The notes beneath the pieces were generated by a model. The model made no database searches and was not told the origin of the DNA. It was given only the letters and a program-made list of their open reading frames with translations. A program made the translations under genes and the position numbers. A stretch of DNA of 61,308 bases from Raillietiella orientalis (Eukaryota). Each line of letters starts with the position of its first letter. Position 1 is the first letter of the stretch. Below are positions 35,938-49,600 of the stretch, one piece after another. The stretch covers positions 248,001 to 309,308 of the forward strand of contig JAYWIR010000085.1 of assembly GCA_036172245.1 (NCBI GenBank), in the 5' to 3' direction.

Positions 35938-37650
35938 GTTTATTCTTATCAGTTAGCTTACAAAAAAAACAAAAGCACTGACGAAACTCAGAGTCCTGCC
36001 ACTCCCAAATGCTCAAGAGAGTCTGCCGAGATGCCAGTACGCAGGCCAGCGAGGTCTGCCTCCGCAACAGAGGAGAAGGAAGAAGCAAAAATAAATAAAT
36101 AAATATAAAAAAAGGAAGACTTTGGGGAATGGATGGTTCGGAAAGGCATCATAGACCGTTGCGAGGTGGCCTCTGCATCCTTGTAAGGTGCCAATGTGTT
36201 TCATTTGGATGAATCCAGGGTGATGCCATCTCGTCGCGATCCTCGTGAAGAGTTTCGTTCAGTGGATGGCGTCCCTTCCGTTCCGGACTCTTCTAGATGC
36301 GCTCGATGCCGCTGCTATCCCAAGAAGGGCAGCAAACGGCTGCTAAGGATGCGATTGGCAGCAAGCACGGAGAGGCGTCCCTGGAGATGTCCACCGGGAT
36401 CCGGAAGGCCGTCGCGAAACTCTCCCAGAGGAGCAAGAGGGCAGCACAGTGCTCAGGAAAGTGCGGGAGGGTCTCTTCTGTTCCCCTCACCCAGAACAGT
36501 TCAGGCTCATTCCCTCTTTGGTACCCGTAGGCTCCGCATGGAAGGCTCAAACGCAATGTATGCAGCACTGACTCCTGCCACTTGAGGGGAAGCGTAGAAC
36601 TGGCTGTTATCATCTGACAGCTGCTGACCTTCTGGAGGGTTGCTCATCGGCTGAGTCCGGAAGTCTCAGCTGTGTGTAGTTTACCCATAGTGATCTTCCG
36701 TTCTTCTCAATGCTTGCATTTCACCTTCCACCTTGCCGGAGCGTCACTGTGAAGGACTTAGTCTTAACAAGGATATTGCCACGGCCGCGGAGGCCGCTGA
36801 AGCCCAGCGGGTCTTCCTGAAACTGTTGAAGTACCTTCAGTGGGGTGAAGCAGAGGTTCTCGAGCATTTGAGGAAATAGGAATCGGAAAACTGAGAAGGG
36901 TGGGATCTACAGTCCTCGGTGAGGTCTAGAGCCTCCTCCCGGTTCGATTGGTAACCTTCTCGATAGCTCTCTCGCTCTTCGGAACCCTTACAGAGGGCGC
37001 TCTTCGGTCAGCCAGGCCTGGAGTTTGTTCCGAATCAGCAGCAGTCGCCTGGGTCCTTCTTCCTGGAGGAGCCGATGGAGCCGCGCGCTTTGGACGCATT
37101 TCTTGGAGAGGGGGAATCGATGAGGTCCCCGTGTACTGTGCACGGCAGGCCTTCTCCGCATTCCATGCCGCAGCTCGCTTCCACGGGACTCCCCAGGGAA
37201 GGAGGAAGAGTTCCGGGAGCGCTGCATTCCGAATGCACACGGCGCGCCACCTGAAAGAGCAGCTCATGAGTAACGGGAACTGAGGGAGGTACCCGCTTTC
37301 GAACCCCTTGAGATTCCCCCGGGACTGCTCGCAGGTTACAGCGGATGTTCGGCTCACGACGTGAGAGGAACAAGCGCGCAACGCTCCACCCTTTCGTCTG
37401 ATGCACCCTCTGCGCTCTCTCGTGCTTTGCTCTGGAGCAGCAACAACCGACCACCTTCTGGAGGGCTCGTCAGCGACTTTCGGGAAAAGAAGCCGCTCGC
37501 GATACTTCTGGATGGGAAAGTTCTGGAAGGTTCCGCCGAGTCCTCTTCGATGAGGATGCGCTTGGGATTCTCTCGATTGGTCGGACGACCGCACCCACTG
37601 ACCCTGAGGTCAGAGCTTTCGAAAGAGTCCAGTCACCCCTGAAAAAATTC
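35938..37650 (-). mobile_element. Tx1/L1-like LINE 3' fragment, copy B
   Basis: TEETLPHFPEHCAALLLLWE zinc-finger remnant; nucleotide similarity to copies A and C; shared 3' motif at 36023-36070; AATAAA on the minus strand near 35939-35944. Confidence 0.65.
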
Positions 37651-37754
37651 ATGGTCCTCTGTTGATCTCTGGAGGAGAGAATCTCAGGCAGTCTTTCTCC
37701 CCTTTTCCTCCCCTTTCACCCAGTTTTGCTCCGGGGTACTTATGAAAAATAGTC

Positions 37755-39300
37755 AAAATAGATTTTTGTGGAGGAACACGTAGTTCTACGATGTGCATTG
37801 ACCTTGCCCATTACCGGTTCTCAGACCGGAGAGGTCCACTTCGACAGAGAAGGGGGAAGCGAAAACCCGAAACAAAAATAAACAAACAAAAAGGGAGGGA
37901 AAGTGTTTTTGGGAAGAAGACCTTTGAAGCGTCGAAGCCATTTCAGGAAGACAAGAGACCAACTGCAGCTCCTCCTCCATTGCCTGGAATAACAAGCTCC
38001 CTGGATGGAATCATACCAATGACGATTCAGGAAAGGAGTGAAAATACTGCAAGTGTTGACCACTTCGAAGTTACGGACGCTAGAGAAATTTTTGTTTTGT
38101 CATTTGAAGCGGCTTTGCCATTTCGGGAAGACGAGACACCAACTCCTCCTTCACTGCCTTGAATAATAGACAAACCGAGGAAGGGATCACTGCTCGCTGC
38201 GAGGCGTCCTTTACATCCTGTCAAGGATGCTCACAAGTTCGGCCCAACTCTTGACGGTCTTCAAGAAGATTCTTGCCCAGTGGATGGCGTCCTTTCAATT
38301 TTGGCCTTCTCTTCTTGCGTTCCAGACATCGCGCGAAGACAACAGGAAACTGCAAGGAGCGCGGTTGGCGGCAGTGCGGCGCTCACGCAAAGGCTTTTAA
38401 AAATGTCCCTGAGATCACTCATCCGGATTCCAAGGGGCATTGCTGGGCCATCCCAAAGGGATCAGAGGGCAGCACAATCTAGCAGCAAGTGCAGGAGGCT
38501 CTCCTTCTTCACCCACCTGTCGCACTTAGAGCGTCACACTCCCCCGTGTCCAGTGGTGTAAGTGCGCTTTGCATGGGATTTCCCAATGCAGGACCAGCAG
38601 CGCCAGCTTCTTCTGCTTGAGAAGCAGGGTGCTACCCGTCAGCACGCCGGGCGCCACTCCACGTCCTCCGGAGGGATTGCAGACAGCTCTCCTCAGAGTA
38701 GAAGCCCTTTGGGTGGGACACTCGGGGATCGCAGCTCCCGTGATCTATCGACTTGTCCACGCAACCAGTAGTTTCTTTTTGTCCGCAATGCAGCACGCCG
38801 CTTCCCACCTTTCTGGGATGACGCTGTCCCTTTCTTCTCTGAAGGAAGGCAGCACTAGGGCAAGGGGGGTAGGCGAAGCTCACAGCGTCTTGAGCGGGTT
38901 GCACACCACCCCTGCAGCGATTGTCAAGCGTTCCTGTCTCGTCGCAGGAAGGCGTCCTCCTTACTCAAGCGTTTGGTCTGTTCCCATGTGGAAACTGACT
39001 CGTGCAGCCAAGCAGCGCTGTTCGCGGGAGGCGGGAGAGCCAGCGCCTCGAAATTGTCTCGTTGGCGACGAGGACCGATGTGAGTCCCTCACAGACGGCT
39101 GCTCGCTTGGCGAGGGGGCGTGCTGGCACCCACCAACGCTTGGTCCATAATTTTGCATCTAGGGAGAGTCTTCTGAATTGGAGCCTACACCCCATCAGCC
39201 CCAGCATAAGGAGACCGCCATCCCTACGCGGAGCATAGAGGTCTTTGGGTGGACCCTTTCGTGCTGGACGACGGCTCCCAAACATTCTGGATTTTTTTTC
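37755..39300 (-). mobile_element. Tx1/L1-like LINE 3' fragment, copy C
   Basis: KDLYAPRRDGGL (L1/Tx1 LxxPxxxGGL motif), ALLVLH and KCDR.VKKESLLHLLLDCAAL. Colinear with copy A over ~38280-38600. Confidence 0.75.
37923..38167 (+). repeat. Diverged ~70-bp direct duplication in the 3' UTR of LINE copy C
   Basis: TTTGAAGCG...GCCATTTC(A/G)GGAAGAC(A/G)AGA.ACCAACT...CCTCC..CA.TGCCT.GAATAA starts at 37923 and at 38103. Confidence 0.8.
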
Positions 39301-41260
39301 CTTTCCTCGTCACCTACAAGTGGAGAAGGCGCAGGCGGAAGCTGAAGTTGGCTCCTGCCCCTTCATGCTCGTTTGCTCTCCTGGATTCCCGTTTTCTTCC
39401 CCTCCTCCTTCCCTCACCCATCAGGACATAAACTTGGACAACGATGCAACATCCTCTTTCATCTTTATTTCCCTTTTCTTCCGCCCTCCTTGGTACTCAT
39501 TTTGAACGCTCAGGACCCCTTTGAAGAAGGTCTACTTCCCAGTCCTCAGACGAGTTCGGTCACGTCGCCTCCGAGTTCCCCAGTACCGTTCGCCCCCTCT
39601 CCTCCTCTTCATCTTCGTATGGAGGGCGGGTAGCTTTCGAGTCACGTAGGGCATCAGCGAGACCGCCGAGGACGCCCTGATCTCTTCTGATCCAGGTATC
39701 ACATACCGCACACATGGAGCGAGGAAGAGCACGCTTTTCCGGTTCTCAGTGACAGTGGAGAGAGGTCAGGATTGAGCGTGACCACTCGCCGCCTACGAGC
39801 CGCCTTTCCCCGCCGGGAAATTCGGAGGGCAGGAAGAAAGGGGTTGAGGAGGCAAAACTCGTCAGGTTTGGTTTCTGAAGTCCGCTGGCGCATCCAGAGC
39901 AACCGAGTCGCTCGTGAGAATGAACTCTAGAGGGTGGAAAGAGGTGCCGAAGAACAGCTCGTACAGATGCCCCGCTTCCTTCCTGCGCGGGATCGTTCCT
40001 GCGGGCTCCCTTGCATCCGTTTGTGATCCCGCCACGCTGCTCGTAGGGATCGAGTTCGATTCCTTCCTCTCCGGGAGGCTCGGGTCCTTCCCCTTCTTTT
40101 CCCTGACGTCCAGAGGCGGGCGCGCGCCTCCAAGCCGCTCTGCGAAAGTCGGGAAGGCAATAGCTGGAGATCCTTCGCCTTTCTGTACGTCCGAAGGAGG
40201 TTTCTCGGCCTTATATGGGCTTTCGGATGGTCTTTCCGGGACATTGGCCTGTGTGGCTTCTGCTGGCCGTGGTCGCGCTTCCTGCTTCTCGCCTGCGAGC
40301 GAAAAAAAAGGACGCGCGCCTCAGAGCTCTCTGACCCAGACCGGCATACCTGCGAGCTGTCCAGACGCATCCCAGCCACCAGTCCTGAGTGCGCGCTGGA
40401 ACGCGAGAGCCTCGCCGCTCCCGACGAGCCACGCGCAGACCAGCAGGCACGCCAGGGTCCGCGCAAAAGCCGCGCTCCGATGTGGAAGGGAGATCCGACT
40501 GCGGCAGCATCCTCCTGTCCTTCGCAGAAGCTGGAACTGAATACAGAAGAGGTTGCTGATCTCCTCCTTGAACCGGAAAGAGCCGAACCCCTTGAATTTA
40601 GAGAAAGGTGAATCCTAAACATTCGTGGTGATCTTTTCGCGCATTTTCCGAGATGAACACCCTGAAGACACCAAGGCAGAAGTCGCGAATACCCGCTACT
40701 AAGTACCCGTCGAGCTCTCGTGCCCTTGGAGGAAAAAAAGACATTCCTCAATCTAGAAAAGAAGTTGCAGCTCCGACCACTTTGGCCAAGTGCCGCAAGC
40801 TCAAGGTCTACCCTTCCACGAGCACATGAAACTGATGCATAAACGCGTCCTCCTGCGTGGCGTGAGTTTCTCAGAATCGCAAAGGTCGTTTCAAGACATC
40901 ATCTCTCAAATGAAGAAAATGCACCTCATCTGGACCTGTGTAGCGCCTGCGTACACGGCTCCCACCACATACAGAGAAGAAACATAATGAGAAACACGCG
41001 TGAAGAAGCTCCGCCCACTATTTCATTCCTCGTGAGAGCTCTTCCCCTGTTGCCCAAGCGACTGGAGCTCGAAAGAAGGCGCTTTCGAGGGATGGCACAG
41101 CTCGGGCTCAAAGAGTCTCCAAAAGAGAAGCCAGGAAGAGGCGTCATCGAGCTCAGGGGCAAAACACGTCGGCACGAACGACTTGCGGAGGCAGGTGATG
41201 TCTTGAAGACCCAACGATCAAGAGGCTTCCACACCCAATGCTGGGTTTGAGCTTTGATTT
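39300..41260 (-). mobile_element. Possible ORF1-like portion upstream of LINE copy C
   Basis: GC-rich, low-complexity S/R/G/A translations with a degenerate knuckle-like segment near 40400-40460. Not decisive. Confidence 0.3.
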
Positions 41261-41439
41261 AGCAGAGGCTAAAAAACACTGTAAAGGTGTGCACTGTTGT
41301 TTGCACTCCTCCCGAGAAACCAGAGATGTTTGGAAAGATTTTTCATGGAACTTCGACTTTTAAACTCATAACGGAAAGCAGAATCAAAATGTCTACCAGC
41401 TGATGAGTGATTTTCTAACGCCACTTTGTGTGAATTCTT

Positions 41440-42720
41440 TGGGGAACAGATGAGATGTACTGACTGTGTCCGCAGCTGGGGCGCGCCATCCAGAACACCT
41501 GAGTTTGGACCCACATAGTCGGGTCTCCAAAACGCCACCAACCTTTAGACCCGTGAAATGCTGAAACAACAACCAGCAGGTCACGCAGGCGAGCTCAGAG
41601 GCCAAATCCCCCTCTCACTTCGGCAAATCCTGAACGCCTGTAGCGGGCCCGAGCTGTTCCAACGACTGCGAAGCTAGACAGGGAGAGGAAAGGGTGGAAG
41701 CTGCGAAAAATCCCTTTTTTGCATTTCCTCAATGCAGCAGTCCCGAATCTCTTACGTTTGTGGATGTGGCCCGCTGCCTACCACATCTACATATTCATGA
41801 GTGGCTTCCCGACTCCGTGAAATCCCCATTTCCAGCCCACGGCGAGATGGACGTGCACGTTCGAGGAGTACAAAACATCACAAGCAATCTGCTCTATTGG
41901 TTGAGTCGGAATAGAGATGAGAAAGTGCTTCGATCAAATTTCTCTCTTTGCAAATTTCAGGCTTTTGACCCATCCATGTGACAAAGATCACCGATACAGC
42001 CTTTTTGGTGCAACCCCTGAGCTTTTCACCGTTCATACTCATGCTGTTTCCAGAGACTTCTCCAAACAAAGGAGCGTAGAAGGGCGCATGGATAATGCCA
42101 AGAAAATGATCATAAACCTTCTGCCATCGCCTTGAAGACGAAAAGGCCTCTACCCAGATCGAGCAGGCTGAACTATTTGATTATCAGTCCATTAGGCATC
42201 GCGTTGAACGTTCAGTTTCCGGCCTACGGGCAAATTTCTAGTAATGACTTCAGCAGAGGCAGTTTCGGAATCCTAATATGCCCACAAGGAAGAACTGAAA
42301 AAGAGTTTCCTGTGTTGCGATTCGTGTTTTCCTCTGTGGGCTTCTGGAGTTCACAACTGCATGCGGATGGTTGTTGACAAATCCTCACAGTGCATTTCGG
42401 CTAGACGCGTGTTTATCAGAGCGCGAACGTCGGGGAGCAGGAAACATATGGAGGAGCAAAAGGTGTTCTTCGAAATTGCGCCCGAGGCGATCTGAAATTC
42501 ACATGAGTGACCTGAGAAGTGGAAACGAACTCGAATGCTGAACCGTACGCGCCGACGAGCGAACCGTATGAAAGGGAGGTTCAAAAGCTCCAATGTAGAC
42601 CCAGCGTGAATGTTTCATCACAAGCCTTCTCTGCTTTTTGCTTCATGGAGTCAAATTCGTCCAGATGATCCTTCTGAGATCTCGATATCGGTTAGCAGCT
42701 TACGAATTGACAAGGTAGGG
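41440..42720 (+). mobile_element. Decayed DIRS-like (tyrosine-recombinase) retrotransposon fragment
   Basis: Ordered remnants: TDCVRSWGA (TDAS..GWGA), HAGELR, VHVRGVQNIT...WLSR (RNase H end), ISLFAN and FWCNP (methyltransferase-like region), RARTSGSRKH and MKGRFKS (YR N-terminal region). Confidence 0.5.
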
Positions 42721-43528
42721 AGAGTGTCTGCACACTGAAATGGGAGGTATAGTTCTAACAGAAGATCAGTTGTCAAGGAAATGTGTGAGACAGTACCATC
42801 TAGTAGGAACCACGGCAAAAACTACGCTCTTGTGAAATCTGCACCCTCAGAACCACAAACGAAAAATCAGGCTGATACAGAGTGATCTTGAAATTACATA
42901 AATCTTTAAAATTTTCACGACCTCTGCGTTTTTGTTTGGAACTCCATTTTGACTAAGCTTGTGACGGGTTCATTAAAACAAGTTCACCCATCGTCAAAAG
43001 ATATTTTTAGAGATGATGAATGATGGCTACTGTATGTGCTGCTATTGTAGCATCCAAGCGAATGTGTGTTGCAATTAGTATGTTCTGTCCCTAGTCCACA
43101 TGAAATTGATATCTTCCATGCAAACTGCGTATCATCAATCCATTCGATTGAAAGTTGCCACGTCCAAATTCCCATGTCCAGGAGCATCGTGTGGAAACAA
43201 GTTATGCTGATCAAACCTTCAAACCACCCTACCCCTGGCTTGAACCCTTCTCATATTCTTTTCGAAGCTTCTTCTTTCCACGGTAACGAAGTTCTTCTGA
43301 GGCACTCTGGCTGCAACCAGAACTCAGCTCTCCAGATAACAGACCATCTCACGCAATGGCAGTAAACACGTGAACACGTGGTGGCAACGTAAGCCGTTTT
43401 CGTTGCAGCTGAACTCGATGCAGAAAAGAAGCTGTACTTCTGCTTACAGATAAACGATGTTCAACGACTCGCGTTCTCTTTTCACTCCTGGGACGACTGA
43501 GGATTGCATTCTTCAAGAAGCTCGACTC

Positions 43529-43603
43529 CTGTGGGTTCACGGTCATCCGGCAAGGTAAAAAGGCTGTGGGTTCACGGTCATCCGGCAAGGCAAAAGGGCT
43601 GTG
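43529..43603 (+). repeat. 35-bp tandem duplication (2 copies)
   Basis: CTGTGGGTTCACGGTCATCCGGCAAGG(T/C)AAAA(A/G)GG starts at 43529 and at 43564. Confidence 0.95.
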
Positions 43604-46600
43604 CATCTCGCATCTTTTCCGGATTCTTTTTCACCTTAAAAGGAAGCGCTACACTGGGATCCATCTTGGGATTTAATTACCCAGTCCACATTTAGCAGAT
43701 TTGAGAAGTGGAGTGAAGCGCCACGTTTGCAGAAATTTCCGGCGAATTTGACTGCGTGAAGCAAATTTGGACTTGCAGGAACTAAGCTCCATAAAGATCT
43801 CCTGCTTGCTTTAGTGGATCCCCCATGCTGCAGACAAAGGCAGCAAGAGTATTAAAAATCAATCTGCTCCATGGGAAGTATCTTTGAATGTGAACTATCT
43901 CATTACTTTTGTCCAATGAAAATTTCTTTCTGGTTCAGCAATTTCGTTTTCCCTAGAATGCCAGCTAATGTGCTGCCTCCTAATTTGCATTTTCTGATAT
44001 TCTGTCCCCCTTGATGCCATGTGGGTTTCCTTCAGCTAATAGTACACTTTGTGCTGCCTCGGAGTTGCCAAAGTCATCACACTCCGTCAGAGAAGAGGCT
44101 GAGATTCCGTTTTCTTGAGCTTACAAGTTAGCAGCACAGCAAACCACCAGGGTTCTCCACTCTTTGATTTGGACAAGAGCATTTCGCACAAGTTAAGCTA
44201 CTTTTCTGAGATTTTTTCCTGTGAAAAGTGCTCTTGATGAGTACTTACTCTTCACAGTCCTTGTCAGTGAGGTTTACTTCATCATATGCTCATCACACAC
44301 GAGAATGCACCTGGCAGCAGAATGCTGACACTGCAACCATAGGGAATTGGCAGGTAAAAAAAAAAAAATTTCGGAGAAACGAGTCAAACGTTCAAGGTAA
44401 GAATAAAAAAAAGGGCTCAGCATAGCAGAAAAAGGACGAGGACGCAAGCGTAGCCATCACGTGTTGGGGATGGAGAGAACATTTGAAAAAACTGAAGAAC
44501 TTCCAAAAAAAAGATACTAGCAGTCTGGGAGAAGACTTGACTATGCTATCATACATGAACTTTCTTTCTTTGTCTGAATTCATCTTCATGCATACTGTTG
44601 TCTTCTCGGCACACGATAAGAAGAGAGCATGAAAGGATGAGAGCTTGTACTGTCTACGAGGCTGCGGAACGAAACTGCGTGCTCAGGTTTGCAAAACAGA
44701 TCTTGTTATTGAAGCTCAAACGCTGATTCAACTAGAGGAGAAGTGGACAGCAAGGGACAAACGGTACGAACGTTGAAGGATCAGCAGCTCCTTAGCAACC
44801 AGCTTAGAGCGACGCTCTTGAACATCACTTTGTGTGTAATATGGCGAAGGAATGGTGTCCAAGAAAATAGCAAAGCGGTTTGGATGCTGCTGCTTGCATG
44901 ACTTGCCAATTCGTTCTCATTTAACGTTCTTTTATTGGATTGATGCTCTGCACCGATCACTCTTTGTTCTGCATTCAGAAGCCGGACTGACGAAGCAGGC
45001 TACATTCGCTCCGTGACTGCCGCCATCCTTGCAGCAACCAATGAGTTTGCAGATTTTTGATCCCGGGAAAAGACAGGGATTCGATGGTCACGAGAGAAAG
45101 CCAAATCTAGAAGGCCCTTTTATCGTCTGTTAGCTCAGAAAGGGCATTTCAAAAGGCAGGACAGAAGCTCAGAAACCCGATCGCCGGCTCAAAGGAAACC
45201 CACCGCTGACAAGGAAACTTCCGGGATCTGGCTTCATGAAAAATCCGAGAACACAGAAGGCAGGGCGCGCAAGCCGACTTTTCAGGGACGACTGCGATGT
45301 AACAGATGCTGTTGGATGGAAACTGCTGTCAGTTTCCTCCGCGCTGAGAATCCAGTTAGCTCTTCTGTGTGTCGGTTAAATTGCTAAAAAAAAATGGCAA
45401 TCACGAAAACTGCGCGTGAGTGTTCCAGCGCCTGCATGGTAAGAATAAATCAAGAATATTCCTAGGGTCATCGGTGCATTCACAGCACCATGGATGCCAC
45501 TCTTCCCCCCCCCCCCACCTCCCCTTCCTAACGAGTAAAAGAAAAAAACTTAGAATGGAGGGTTCAGGAATCTTCTTCTGTTCGCAACGCATCCTTTTGG
45601 GTAACACCTGCTCCAGTGCTGGATTTAATCGCAAGCAACCAGTGGCGGAGGATGAGAAATTTGCACCGCGCCTGGATTTCCTCTCGGTGAATTCCTCGCT
45701 TGGAGTTTAGTGGGTCAGAAGTCTTACACGGTGTGTCGGCCATGCGGTCTTCTAATAAGCACCTTGAAACCACGAAGATCGCAATTTTCGTGGTTTAGGT
45801 GCTCGCGGTTTTTCCAGGAACTCCATCGAAGCTCCACACGAGTGATGTTGCAGTTGGTAAACATTGCGATTCCTCCTCAAACACTGAGTTTACGAAAATA
45901 CTCTGGAATCGTCCAGACAGAGAGTTTCTCTGGAATGCGGCTCTGGGAATCATCTTTGTATGTCAAGGTGAGCCGAGGAAGGCAAGATAGCAAACATGAG
46001 TTCAGGGCGAAGATTCGGGATCTGAACGTGCTTTCCGGATTTCAAGCATTCATCAGAATGACAGCAAATTTTTAGGAGATGACAAACGCCTCATTCAGGG
46101 TCTCTCAAAAGAAAAAAAAAAAAGCTATTTGGCGCGCGTCAGAAGAAGCCGAGACGGCGCAGCGGGTATCGCTTTGTGGATCTCGGACGAGTTATCCAAA
46201 AGGTTCCATCAGTTAAGGCAAGAGGAATGTTCAGCGAGAATGGGAAATTTATGCAAAAGAAGAAAATCACTGAAGTTTGGAGCACGACTGCGATAGCGGT
46301 CCTTTTGCATGTCGAATTTTCCTCAGTGGATGGTCTAGGCTGTATCCGCTCGCTCGGACACGCAGAATTTCGCCCCCTTTTCCGTAAATTCTTCCATCAT
46401 CTTGCGCTGCTTCCAGCATGGGGTGGCGCTTTCAGAACGCCAGTTCTGCAGAATTGGAAAGTCCACTGTGGAAAACAGCGTTCTTCAGTTAGCCGGACAC
46501 GTCCTAGAGATGTCCTTGGAGCTTACTTTCTCAAACGAACCATGAAGAAGCATGGACTCTTTCAAGGCTTGGCGAGCTTGGAGGGTTCTCCTTAATCTTA

Positions 46601-49600
46601 GGTGTTTAGATTGGAAATGTTTGTAGAATCACCTGTGAGAAATCCTTCTTTCACTTGGACATCTCCGGAAAAGATGAATGTGAAGATTTCAGTGATTAGT
46701 GCCGAGGAAAGATAGCCACGGAGTTTCATCAAAATAGAACCCTTTCTTTTCATCACTGGTTTTGGACTTTTCCAAAGGTTCTGCTTTTCGGATAATTGAA
46801 TTTTTTTTTTTTCTACACGAGGATTGGGAGACGGAAAATTGAGAAAATGAGAATTGTGCCGAAGATTCTGAGAGAAGCCGAACCCCATGGCAGTCACTTC
46901 CCCAAGTAAGAGATGCTCTCTTTATCGAGAGACGCGAGTTGTTTCTATAAAAGGGAGACATTCTGAGCAAAACGTACCTTTAGATAATACACGAACATTC
47001 CCTCATCACCGTTGCGGGTTTCCAAGCTTGGAGTCAGCTCCATCACATCTCTCGTAACCGACACAATTCCGAATTTGAATGCCGTTTCATGATTTTCAGC
47101 GCTTCCGAGAAGTGGAGTTTTGCGGTGACCAAGGCGGAAGCACTTCGACGAAGATGTCCGGAGGCCATAGTCTATTTTGGAGCCATTAGAAAACTTTCGC
47201 ATTTTAACCACTCCCACCTCAGTTCTGAAGATTTCATTGCTTCGTTCGAAACCCGAAGGTCTTCTGCTGATTATGAAAAAAGCGCAACATCAAGAACAAG
47301 TTTTACTAGAAAGACGCAATCGCTACATCGAAAAAAAAACGAAACACCTCATCAGCATAAAATGTAGAGCCTTCTAGAACCCCAAGCAGCAAACCTTGTA
47401 GCCGTCCTCCGATGGCATCACTTGCAGATGAAAGTTCCTTTCTTCGATTCATTGCCTGAAATCCGATGGTGCGTGTCTCATCTATCTCCTCGAGACTTCA
47501 CCTTGAACACCTTGAAAAGAATGCTCCAAAGTACTAAAAGTGTCTCCGGATGAAAACATGATACTTGGGTAGCAAAAAATTAAACTCTTTTTGGAATTTT
47601 CGAAACGTTCAGAGATGGAGTCAACATCAAATAGGCACTTTCTGCTCGAAATACATTAAAAAAAAAAAAAAAAAATGCGTCAAAGTACATTCATGGAGAT
47701 GAATCCGAGAAGCCTTCTCTCATTTCCATACTTCATGAAGTGCAAGACTCGCAACGTTGCATTCCAGCAAGTACATAAGTGTTGCTAGAAAATCTACCTT
47801 ACCAGCAGGAACACGTTTTGGTGTCTTCGTGAATGCACCAATGTACACATTTATCGGGTTATGAATGGCGTTTCCATCTGATAGAATTTCCAGTGGTTGC
47901 ACAGAATTGACCTTCTAATGAAAGCTATATGAGATGAAAAAAAGAACTCATTTCCACATGGCTGTTGCCAGAAAGTTCATCACCAAAACAACAGCAAAAA
48001 AGGAAATGATTTTGTTTTCTTGCGAAGGTTGTTGGCCAAAATGTGAGGGTTGGCCGAATTCTTCTACAGTCTACCTCCTTCCATAAATTCATTTTGATCA
48101 ACGGAAACTCTTGGATTTTCCGTTTGTGATGACTGCATGCAATAATTACTCAAATCCCTCTCTCAAATCGCTTTTGCTATCACAAGGCATGATCTGATTC
48201 CACTTTCGCATTTCCAGGATCATTATCAAAAAGCTAAGCAATTATCCGTTAACGATGCCAGTGGCAAATTCTCAACGTAAACTACTACAAACGTATGGAC
48301 GAAGCGGATGTACACATAAACGTACGTACGTATTCCCATTTCAGAAACTTAACCTTCAAATGAATGGATAGCAGTTCTCAAGAAATGACAACTTCGATGC
48401 AACCCTTGGATAGAATTCATTTGACTGAATTGGTAGAGTTAATAAAGATGAAATCATGAATTCATGTTTTAAAATGAAAATGCAAATGACTTTCATGTAT
48501 GCTGAGATTAAAGCAAGCATGAATAGTTATTTCATGAAACTGAATCAGGTCATCACTATGGAGACTGATCAGTGATTTTTAAAACTTCTTGTAATACCTT
48601 ATGAGTTTTACAGTGAAGCCGTATTTCTTTCTTTTTCCCATTAGTTTTCATTAATTAAGCGACCTTAGAACCAATCTGTTATGAACTCCAGAAATTTATG
48701 ATCAAATACAGAGTGATGACAGATTTAATGGTAATAAAAGAAACATCAGTATTACTTCAGTGTATCAGAAGTGTTACGGGTTGCAATTTCCTGATCATTT
48801 TGCACATTCTTTTTTTTTTCTTTTTCCCATCCGAGAGCAATGCTGAAAATCCATATCATGATTTCATCAAAGTATGAAGAAGGAGAATAGGTTGTTCTTG
48901 CAATGCATCTAAAGAAATCCTTTACATCATTAAGCGAGCTGATTCAAATTCGTTGAAGCTACATCCGAACCATTCGGCACTAATTTTCAAAGTACCTCTT
49001 AGTTAGACACGTTTTCAAATCCCAAAGACAGAAGTTAATTACTAGTATAAGTCGAATAGTTCCTATTCAAGTTTATTAGTGCATCCTCGAAGTATTTCTG
49101 TTTCTTTGGAATTGTTTCGAAGAGGTTTTCCGTGTATCCACAGATATTTTTCTTAGTTTGGTTGTCTCATTTCCATAAAAAAGTAAAACCATAGCAAGTT
49201 GATCTTGAGGACAAGACGCTTAGCATGAAATAAATTCCCGAACTCCCATTTCCAAGAGGCTCGAAAAGCAGCACGCTGCACTGAAACACTTCTCGAGGAA
49301 TGCATATTTTGAACGGAGTCAAAATAAGAAAGCCCATTCTCTGAACATCGACTGCATGGGTAAAATTTAAAGAGAGAGGTCAGTAGAACAAAAACCGTGA
49401 ACATCCGAAACAAAAAGAATCCTTTCTTGAAAAGGTAGGATTTATTCTCGGAATTCTCATCATTCGATTGGGGAATATTACCAGACTAGACCGATGAAGT
49501 GACCATCGTGTGAACATCGAATCACAGAAAACAGGAAGAAATTTCCAAGCTAGAGAACTAGGAAACATCTAGAAATAAAGTTGGTTCAAAGCCGTAACTG

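Noticed and set aside
35943..35954. TTCTTATCAGTT match to U2 snRNA (Utopia/Keno target region)
   Set aside because: Only 12 nt with no extension. It overlaps the minus-strand AATAAA at the 3' end of LINE copy B.
37755..37850. Sm-site/U2-like look of ATTTTTGTGG plus hairpins (also at 32108)
   Set aside because: No recognisable snRNA 5' domain. It is the reverse strand of the LINE 3' motif.
48713..48794. C/D-box snoRNA (GTGATGA...CTGA)
   Set aside because: Such boxes are frequent by chance in AT-rich DNA. There is no clean terminal stem at the C box and no rRNA-complementary guide I can recognise.
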